This document shows positions 1 to 5,878 of a stretch of DNA of 5,878 nucleotides, piece after piece. The notes under the pieces are model-generated. The model was not told the origin of the DNA. It made no database searches and saw nothing but the letters and a program-made list of their open reading frames with translations. The position numbers and the translations under genes are program-made. The stretch spans positions 6,189 to 12,066 of the forward strand of contig CAYRPF010000087.1 in assembly GCA_964426185.1 (NCBI GenBank), given 5' to 3'. Within the stretch, counting starts at the first letter, position 1. Every line of letters begins with the position of its first letter. Origin of the DNA: an uncultured archaeon (GTDB lineage Archaea; Asgardarchaeota; Lokiarchaeia; Sigyniarchaeales; Promethearchaeaceae).

Positions 1-36
1 ATCATCACTGGTCGTATCATCGGTGCTCGTATCGTC
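1..36 (-). repeat. Imperfect 15-bp coding tandem repeat encoding DDT(S/T)(T/S) pentapeptides; probably continues beyond the window
   Basis: Plus strand: atcatcactggtcgt (1-15), atcatcggtgctcgt (16-30), atcgtc (31-36). Minus-strand translation is DDTST-DDTTS-DD. Confidence 0.8.
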
Positions 37-1797
37 TGAAGGTGTTTCTTCCACTGGTATCTGCACCAATTGTTGAAAAGGTAGGAAACCTGGCTGATAT
101 ATCGTAAGATTTAAGTTAGCTAACTTGGTGGAATTAAATTCCAATCGCAGTGAGCCGTTCTGAGCAGTTAATCCTTTAAATAAAACCGAACTTTGATTCG
201 TCACCGTGACTATGGCATTCGCAAGCGGTAAACCATTGCTTTCATTAACTTGAATATCGGTGAATTCCGGAGAATTATCTAAGGAAACATTCATGTGTTT
301 TGGAGCATCCAACCACAGACGAACTTCTGGATCACCCATCAAATTAAATTGCTTTAGGGTCTTATTCTCCCAATCCGGAAAATACGGTCGATCCGCATTA
401 TAATACAAAGGATTGGCGCGGTCGATTACGTAATCTTCTTTGGCATGAGCGAGAGCTGCACCAGGTTGACCGTATGTCACTAATTGTTCAAAAAACCGAT
501 AAGTTAATCCATCACTGTACCAACCCCCGAAATCTCTTTCAAACCACTCGTCTTCACCCCAAACAACCTGACTACCTCCAATTGACCCAATACCCACGGT
601 TTTTAAAATAGTTTCTGTTAAGCAATCTTGAGATTCATTAAATGTTCCCACGCTACAACCGCCCAAATAGTAAAATCCTAAGTTACTAATAGAAGAAGAA
701 TAATCTGAATAAGTGGAAATAAAGGGAATGCTGATAGTTTCATCCACTGCAGGTGCATAATAATCAGTCCCATTTCTGTCGAATAATCCATCTCCATCAT
801 AATCTTGCGTAAAGAGAGTTCTATACATCGCGGTTGGATTACCATGTCCTGCAATTGCGCCTAAAGCAAAACCCGAATTTAGTGCATCTATTAAATTTTG
901 TTCATTCAGACTTTCGTTTACAGGATAGTTTGTGGGAGCTAACCCTTCTGTTTCACCGAGAAACCATCTGGAGCCATTTACCACTCCATGCAAAAGGGTA
1001 TCATCAACATAGTGGGTAAATCGGTTATAATCAGCACCTAAATAATCTGGTTCTGAATCATTATCCCAATCTTCGTCGAAAAATAACTGGGCACCCGCCA
1101 TTAATGTACTCCCAAACCAATTTCCTTCGGGAGGCGTACTTTCATACTGCACAATTCTGTGGGCCAACTGCCGTATTTCTTCATCAGAATTTCCCGATAA
1201 CCGCCCTACATATACTTCTGGGTGATAATCAATGCCATCATCCAATTCGCCCCAGATTCCGTTGTGATTACTGTCCCAGTCGTGATCCAAATCGCTGTAG
1301 TAACTATCGCAACTTACGAAATCTCCATCGTATGGATAGTCTTCAGGAGCATAAGCCTCCCGGGACGGAATTTCATCCACATCACCAGCCAGTAAAACCC
1401 ATTTTGTTTGGTTGTGGAGATAATAGTTTTCGATGCAATTTTTTATTTTAGCCGCCAAATCAACTCCAGAATATTGCGAAATTATTTCGCTCACCGGCAT
1501 TATTAGCGCGGGTTCACCTTTTTGACTTTTCCAAGATGCTAATGATTGTAGACTTTCAACATAATCATCCGGGGCAATGATGAGATATGACACTATTTGT
1601 TCCAAATTTTCTGCACCTTTCGGCCATTCAATTTGCACTTTAAGCGAATTTAATGGATTTTCGCGGTTAACCGGGATTAAATTATCATCTACCACTGGAA
1701 GAACTCCGGCTAAGAGAATGAAACATCCAAGTAAAACACTTAGCCTTGAATTAGAACGGGAAAAGTGTTTTTTAATTTTATGGATAATTTGCGCCAT
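1..1797 (-). CDS. Exported peptidase family C25 (gingipain-like, clan CD) cysteine peptidase with C-terminal Ig-like domain and Asp/Thr/Ser linker; 3' end lies outside the window
   Basis: Manual translation from ATG at 1797 (in-frame TGA two codons upstream at 1801-1803) gives 599 open codons to the window edge. It begins MAQIIHKIKKHFSRSNSRLSVLLGCFILLAGVLPV (basic n-region plus hydrophobic segment). C25 hallmark motifs follow in the expected order: YLIIAPDDY (aa 71), WKSQKG, WVLLAGD, CDSYYSDLD, PEVYVGRL, AIAGHG (His318, nt 844-846), YYLGGCSVG (Cys381, nt 655-657), GIGSIGGS, PGAALAHAK, FNLMGDP (ends aa 490). A beta-rich Ig-like segment (GLPLANAIVTV...GLTAQNG...LTIYQPGFLPF) and PSDDTSTDDTTSDD follow. 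Confidence 0.93.
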   Translation of the reverse strand, partial: MAQIIHKIKKHFSRSNSRLSVLLGCFILLAGVLPVVDDNLIPVNRENPLNSLKVQIEWPKGAENLEQIVSYLIIAPDDYVESLQSLASWKSQKGEPALIMPVSEIISQYSGVDLAAKIKNCIENYYLHNQTKWVLLAGDVDEIPSREAYAPEDYPYDGDFVSCDSYYSDLDHDWDSNHNGIWGELDDGIDYHPEVYVGRLSGNSDEEIRQLAHRIVQYESTPPEGNWFGSTLMAGAQLFFDEDWDNDSEPDYLGADYNRFTHYVDDTLLHGVVNGSRWFLGETEGLAPTNYPVNESLNEQNLIDALNSGFALGAIAGHGNPTAMYRTLFTQDYDGDGLFDRNGTDYYAPAVDETISIPFISTYSDYSSSISNLGFYYLGGCSVGTFNESQDCLTETILKTVGIGSIGGSQVVWGEDEWFERDFGGWYSDGLTYRFFEQLVTYGQPGAALAHAKEDYVIDRANPLYYNADRPYFPDWENKTLKQFNLMGDPEVRLWLDAPKHMNVSLDNSPEFTDIQVNESNGLPLANAIVTVTNQSSVLFKGLTAQNGSLRLEFNSTKLANLNLTIYQPGFLPFQQLVQIPVEETPSDDTSTDDTTSDD

Positions 1798-1822
1798 AAT
1801 TCAGCAAAAATATTATTTTGAA

Positions 1823-1840
1823 CCTTAAAAAAAGCTTCTG
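1823..1840 (-). promoter_or_regulatory. Putative archaeal BRE/TATA promoter for the C25 peptidase (leaderless or short-leader mRNA)
   Basis: Minus strand reads cagaagc-TTTTTTTAAGG, with the TATA-like part about 26-33 nt upstream of ATG 1797. No SD motif precedes the ATG. An alternative TTTTATAA lies at 1846-1853. Confidence 0.4.
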
Positions 1841-1866
1841 ATTGGTTATAAAAACACATTCGCCTC

Positions 1867-1880
1867 CGAAAAATTAAATA
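1867..1880 (+). promoter_or_regulatory. Putative distal archaeal BRE/TATA promoter for the desulfurase-like gene
   Basis: CGAAAAA-TTAAATA closely matches the archaeal purine-rich BRE plus TATA consensus. It would place a transcription start near 1900-1905. Confidence 0.45.
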
Positions 1881-1908
1881 TTTTCCCTTTTGTAACCACA
1901 TGACATCA

Positions 1909-1920
1909 AGAAAATTTATC
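1909..1920 (+). promoter_or_regulatory. Putative proximal BRE/TATA promoter giving a leaderless transcript at ATG 1944
   Basis: AGAAAA-TTTATC ends 24 nt before the ATG, which is canonical spacing for a leaderless archaeal mRNA. No SD motif precedes 1944. Confidence 0.45.
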
Positions 1921-1943
1921 CCCTCAGATTAGGTTTAATAAAT

Positions 1944-3680
1944 ATGACCCCTACTCAAGAAATTACACTGAATTTTATACGTAATCAAATTATTGGACGG
2001 GATTATCGGTTTTCGACCCCATTTGGATCCCGACTTTTAACATATGCCGATTTCACAGCCTCGGGCAGGGCTCTTAATTTTATCGAAAAATTCCTTATTC
2101 ATGTGCAACGCTCTTATGCTAACACACATACTGAAGACGATGCCACTGGTCGCACCATGACTGGATTACTGCACCAAGCAGAGCATATGATTAAGCAGGC
2201 ATTTAATGCAGAAAATGGATATTGTATAATTGCACATGGAACGGGTAGCACTGGTGCAATTTCTAAATTTCAAGAAATTATTGGGGTAAGAGTTGCCCCC
2301 GCCACCAAAGCCTTGTATCAACGGTTATTAGAACAATACTTTGAAGATCATCCTGAAATACGCAATTTATATCAAGAAATGACCGCATTCCTCGAAGCAC
2401 ACAAACCAGTGGTCTTTATCAGCTCGTACGAACATCACTCGAATGAAATTATGTGGCGCGAATCTTTTGCCGAAGTAATCGAAATCGCGCTTCTTAAAGA
2501 TGGAACTCTCGATTTAGAATATTTAGAAAGAGAGATTTCCGATCCCCGCTATAATAATCGCCTGAAAATCGGATCATTCTCTGCAGCTTCAAATGTAACC
2601 GGAATTGTCAGCCCAGTTTACGACATTGCTCGAATTTTACACCGACATGGGGCTATAGCATGCTTTGATTTTGCCGCCAGTGCACCTTATGTTAAAATAA
2701 ACATGAATAAGGATGATGAAAGTTATTTTGATGCGGTCTTTATTTCGCCCCATAAATTCTTGGGAGGCCCCGGCGCCACCGGCATCTTGGTATTTAATGA
2801 ATCGCTATATGATACTTCTTTACCCCCCACGTTTGCAGCGGGTGGTACCGTTGATTATGTTAGCCCATTTGCGGTAGATTATACCAAAGACATTGAAACA
2901 AGGGAAAAAGCAGGCACACCAGGCATCATTCAGACTATTCGAGCCGCATTAGCCATAGATCTAAAGGATCATATCGGTATTGAGGTACTGGAGGCTAAAG
3001 AGAGAGATTTCTGCCGACGAGGAATGGAAAAATTGCAAAAAATCCCAAATGTGGAAATTCTCGGTAATCCTGATCCAGACAAACGAATTCCCATCATATC
3101 ATTTGTGATCAGACACAATGATCGATACTTGCACCCCAAATTCAGCACCAAGTTGCTCAATGATCTCTTTGGAATCCAATCACGGGCCGGATGCAGCTGC
3201 GCGGGAGTATACGGACACCGTTTGCTGAATATCACTCACCCTCAATCAGAAAAATTCCGTAAGCTGGTACAAAAGGGATTCATGGCAATAAAACCAGGGT
3301 GGACTCGGGTCAATTTCCACTACTCCTTCACAGAAACCGAATTCCAATTCATTATTGATGCGATAGAGTTCGTGGCTAAGTATGGATATAAATTCTTACC
3401 TTTGTATAAAATTGACCTGCATACTGGAGATTGGTTTTATCGTAACTTCGTGGATAAGGATCTTTCTTTTCGGCCCACTATCCAAAATGTATTGAAATTG
3501 GCCCAACGGGACTGTTTCGAGGCCGAACCAGTGAATATGGAAAAAGAATTTCGGGAATATTTGCAATTCGCTCATGATAAAGCTTTGAAATTGCCCGAAC
3601 CAAAAATGGAAGATTATAAAACCTTTGGAGATCCATTAGCAGATGAGCTGCAGTGGTTCTATTTCTGCGATTCCACCTAA
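1944..3680 (+). CDS. Aminotransferase class V-fold PLP enzyme; SufS/CsdA-like (group II) cysteine desulfurase or selenocysteine lyase, long 'YADxTASGR' subfamily
   Basis: 578 aa. Motifs: YADFTASGR, YANTHT, EHHSN, SAASNVTG, DFAASAPY (PLP-binding Asp), FISPHKFLGGPG (Schiff-base Lys271), GGTV, EKAGTP, and SRAGCSCAG (Cys417/Cys419), which corresponds to the SufS RxGHHCA persulfide loop. Confidence 0.9.
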   Translation: MTPTQEITLNFIRNQIIGRDYRFSTPFGSRLLTYADFTASGRALNFIEKFLIHVQRSYANTHTEDDATGRTMTGLLHQAEHMIKQAFNAENGYCIIAHGTGSTGAISKFQEIIGVRVAPATKALYQRLLEQYFEDHPEIRNLYQEMTAFLEAHKPVVFISSYEHHSNEIMWRESFAEVIEIALLKDGTLDLEYLEREISDPRYNNRLKIGSFSAASNVTGIVSPVYDIARILHRHGAIACFDFAASAPYVKINMNKDDESYFDAVFISPHKFLGGPGATGILVFNESLYDTSLPPTFAAGGTVDYVSPFAVDYTKDIETREKAGTPGIIQTIRAALAIDLKDHIGIEVLEAKERDFCRRGMEKLQKIPNVEILGNPDPDKRIPIISFVIRHNDRYLHPKFSTKLLNDLFGIQSRAGCSCAGVYGHRLLNITHPQSEKFRKLVQKGFMAIKPGWTRVNFHYSFTETEFQFIIDAIEFVAKYGYKFLPLYKIDLHTGDWFYRNFVDKDLSFRPTIQNVLKLAQRDCFEAEPVNMEKEFREYLQFAHDKALKLPEPKMEDYKTFGDPLADELQWFYFCDST

Positions 3681-3687
3681 ATTCTCA

Positions 3688-3710
3688 CATTTTTTTGGGC
3701 ATTTTTTTGG
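3688..3710 (+). terminator. Archaeal-type tandem U-tract terminator (two T7 runs in an 11-bp direct repeat)
   Basis: CATTTTTTTGG occurs at 3688-3698 and again at 3700-3710, starting 8 nt after the TAA. No GC hairpin precedes it. Confidence 0.6.
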
Positions 3711-3718
3711 TAATTTAT

Positions 3719-3730
3719 GGAAATTTAATA
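3719..3730 (+). promoter_or_regulatory. Putative BRE/TATA promoter for the hybrid kinase
   Basis: GGAAA-TTTAATA lies directly after the T-tracts, about 68 nt before ATG 3798. The region is very AT-rich, so the match is weak. Confidence 0.3.
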
Positions 3731-3797
3731 AACGATTCGCCAATGATTGATAACCCAAGATAAGTAATTTAGGATAATAGATATATGAATTAAATAT

Positions 3798-5870
3798 ATG
3801 AAATTGCTATTGCCGACCTATTTATGGGCTTCATTTTTCATCGGGTTTTTGCTTTTCTCTCCTTATCAAGCGCTAGCCATCGAAAGTTCTAATCTAATTA
3901 TTAATAACCTTGAAAACATTACCATCAAGGTTGGCGTTTACGAAAATTCTCCCCTCAGTTTCCAAAATGAACAAGGCGAATTTGATGGGATTTTTCCTTC
4001 TTTGATTAAAAAAATTGCCCAGTTGGAAGAATGGAATATCCAATTCATGTTTGGGAATTTTAGTAGTTTAATGAATGCGTTGAATAAATCGGAAATTGAT
4101 CTGCTCGGAGTGGTGGCTTACAGTAATGAACGAGCCGAATACTTAGACTTTAACACTGAAAATGTTTTAACTAATTGGGGAGAGATTTTCATGTATAAGG
4201 GTTCAGGAATTGAAACATTTTTGGATATAGAGGGAAAAAAGATTGGAGTTCTGAATAACGATATCTATTATATCGGCGAAAACGGGCTTAAATATTTATT
4301 AGAATCCTTCGAAGTTAACTGCACCTTTCAGATCTTTGAATCATACGACGAGATTTTCTCCGCAATCAATCAAGGCGAAATTGATGCTGGTGTAGTAAAT
4401 CGACTTAAAGGAGCGGAGTACATAAAATATGATAACATCCAAAAAACCAACTTAATATTCAATCCGATTTCTCTTTATTTTGTAACCCCAAAGAATAGCA
4501 CCAATTCAGGACTAATTTTATCCAGAATTGATGATCATCTAAAAACTATGAAGCAAAATCCTAATTCAGAATATTATCAAATCCTATCTCGTTATTTAAA
4601 CACCAATATCACCCGCACAATCATCCCTACTTGGCTATTAGTGTTATTTTTCGGAATTATTGCAATCGCAGTAATCGGAGTTAGTTTTTCATTTATATTA
4701 AGAAATCAAGTTAAAAAACGCACTATGGAATTAGAACAATCTCATGAAGCTTATAGGAAAAGTGAAGAGAAATTACAACGGTCTCAAAAATTGGAAGCTG
4801 TAGGACTGCTGACTGGTGGAATTGCTCATGATTTCAACAATATTTTAACCGTGATAAACGGATATTCCCGTATGCTTCTGGAAATGGAAAATTTAGATTC
4901 TGATGTATATAAAAGCGTACAAGAAATCTTAAATGCTGGAGAAAAGGCATCTTCGCTGACCAAAAGATTATTAACTTTCTCTAGAACCACATTTAGTGAA
5001 TTAAAAGTAATGGATATTAATCAACTTCTTTTAGATTTGGATAAAATGCTGCATCGGTTAATTAGCGAGGATGTCGAATTAATTTTAGATCTGGAAGAGA
5101 AACAGTGCCTTGTTTTAGCTGATTCCACCTCAATCCAGCAGTTGTTGATTAACTTGGTGGTAAATGCTAGAGACGCTGTGGGACCTCATGGAAAGATCCA
5201 AATTCGTACTCGCAAGGCTGATATAGATACGGTAAAGATTATAGTGGAAGATAATGGTATCGGAATGGATCAGAATATATTAGACCATTTGTTTGAACCA
5301 TTTTTTACAACTAAAGAAGTAGGGAAAGGAACTGGACTGGGTCTTTCCACTGTTTATGGCATTGTAAAGCAATTAAAGGGCAATATTGAGGTGAAAAGCC
5401 AAAAAGGTAAGGGCTCCACATTTATCATCGCTTTACCGTTGGTTAAAATGGATTCCAGATCCATCGAATCAAATGAAAAAGTTGACCAAAAAAAACCGAT
5501 TGGCTCCCAAAAAAAAATTTTATTAGTGGAAGATAATAAATCCGTGCTAAAAATAACCCAGAAAATTCTTGAAGGCGCAGGATTCCAAATTTTCACTGCT
5601 AGAAATGGAACCGAAGCCTTAAATCTAATTAAAGCAGGTAATATTCAGTTTGACTTGGTTTTGAGTGATATCATCATGCCCGTAATGAATGGGGTTGAAT
5701 TAGAAAAGAAATGTAGAATAATAAATCCGAAGCTGAAATTTCTCTTCATTTCTGGTTATCCCGCAAAAAAAGTCGAAGAAAGAGGGATCCCATTCGACCC
5801 CTCTCGCCTACTACAAAAACCCTATTTACCCGCCGATCTTTTACGTAAAATATCCGAACTAATTGCCTAA
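3798..5870 (+). CDS. Membrane-bound hybrid sensor histidine kinase/response regulator: signal or TM segment, SBP_bac_3 (PBPb) sensor, TM, HisKA, HATPase_c, REC
   Basis: 690 aa. N-terminal hydrophobic segment ends in QALA. PBPb motifs: IKVGVYENSPLSF, GEFDGIF, EIDLL, YSNERAEYLDF, GKKIGVL, GEIDAGV. TM helix: WLLVLFFGIIAIAVIGVSFSFIL. H-box: LEAVGLLTGGIAHDFNNIL (His344, CckA/NtrB-like). N-box NLVVNARDA, G1 EDNGIGM, F-box FEPFFTTK, G2 GTGLGL. REC domain: ILLVED, SDIIMP (Asp624), FISGY, QKPY. Confidence 0.95.
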   Translation: MKLLLPTYLWASFFIGFLLFSPYQALAIESSNLIINNLENITIKVGVYENSPLSFQNEQGEFDGIFPSLIKKIAQLEEWNIQFMFGNFSSLMNALNKSEIDLLGVVAYSNERAEYLDFNTENVLTNWGEIFMYKGSGIETFLDIEGKKIGVLNNDIYYIGENGLKYLLESFEVNCTFQIFESYDEIFSAINQGEIDAGVVNRLKGAEYIKYDNIQKTNLIFNPISLYFVTPKNSTNSGLILSRIDDHLKTMKQNPNSEYYQILSRYLNTNITRTIIPTWLLVLFFGIIAIAVIGVSFSFILRNQVKKRTMELEQSHEAYRKSEEKLQRSQKLEAVGLLTGGIAHDFNNILTVINGYSRMLLEMENLDSDVYKSVQEILNAGEKASSLTKRLLTFSRTTFSELKVMDINQLLLDLDKMLHRLISEDVELILDLEEKQCLVLADSTSIQQLLINLVVNARDAVGPHGKIQIRTRKADIDTVKIIVEDNGIGMDQNILDHLFEPFFTTKEVGKGTGLGLSTVYGIVKQLKGNIEVKSQKGKGSTFIIALPLVKMDSRSIESNEKVDQKKPIGSQKKILLVEDNKSVLKITQKILEGAGFQIFTARNGTEALNLIKAGNIQFDLVLSDIIMPVMNGVELEKKCRIINPKLKFLFISGYPAKKVEERGIPFDPSRLLQKPYLPADLLRKISELIA

Positions 5871-5878
5871 TAAAATTT

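Noticed and set aside
1-36. Edge repeat as a possible CRISPR array or mobile-element end
   Set aside because: It is a 15-bp in-frame unit without spacers and is fully explained as a protein linker.
834-1019. Plus-strand 61-aa ORF from the track
   Set aside because: It is an antisense shadow of the C25 peptidase gene and has no recognisable motif.
1104-1451. Plus-strand 115-aa His/Cys-rich ORF with an apparent CxxC (CDYC)
   Set aside because: It lies wholly antisense to conserved C25 motifs. Its composition is a by-product of the minus-strand coding sequence.
1723-1734. Possible lipobox LLGC in the peptidase signal region
   Set aside because: The Cys lies near the start of the hydrophobic stretch rather than at its end, and LLGC deviates from the lipobox consensus.
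1577-1828. Plus-strand 83-aa ORF
   Set aside because: It is antisense to the peptidase N-terminus and promoter, with no family features.
2969-3235. Minus-strand 88-aa ORF
   Set aside because: It is antisense to the conserved catalytic region of the desulfurase.
3681-3797. Possible SECIS element or structured ncRNA after the Sec-lyase-like gene
   Set aside because: None of the three CDSs has an in-frame TGA, the desulfurase ends in TAA, and I see no stable hairpin.
3781-3802. 9-bp direct repeat ATATATGAA spanning the kinase start, creating a Met-Asn-stop mini-ORF at 3785-3793
   Set aside because: It is short, low-complexity and in very AT-rich DNA. No transposase or inverted repeats suggest a target-site duplication.
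5354-5596. Minus-strand 80-aa Phe-rich ORF
   Set aside because: It is antisense to the kinase. The Phe richness mirrors Lys/Glu codons on the coding strand.

Overview
The window holds three protein-coding genes. (1) A minus-strand gene is missing from the supplied ORF track because it runs off the left edge (1797..<1, at least 599 aa, no internal stop in my manual translation). It encodes an exported gingipain-family (peptidase C25, clan CD) cysteine peptidase with an intact His/Cys dyad, a probable Ig-like domain and the start of a DDT(S/T)-repeat linker. (2) Divergent from it is a class-V PLP enzyme of the 'YADxTASGR' SufS-like cysteine desulfurase/selenocysteine lyase subfamily (1944..3680). 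(3) Next is a membrane-bound hybrid histidine kinase with an extracellular amino-acid-binding-type (SBP_bac_3/PBPb) sensor, HisKA, HATPase and a C-terminal receiver (3798..5870). BRE/TATA-like promoters, no Shine-Dalgarno motifs, hairpin-free T7 terminators and many N-x-S/T sequons in exported domains point to an archaeal host, possibly Asgard/Lokiarchaeia (inference only). I saw no RNA genes, CRISPR arrays or mobile elements. A shared role in peptide/amino-acid scavenging and sensing is a hypothesis that the sequence alone does not establish.
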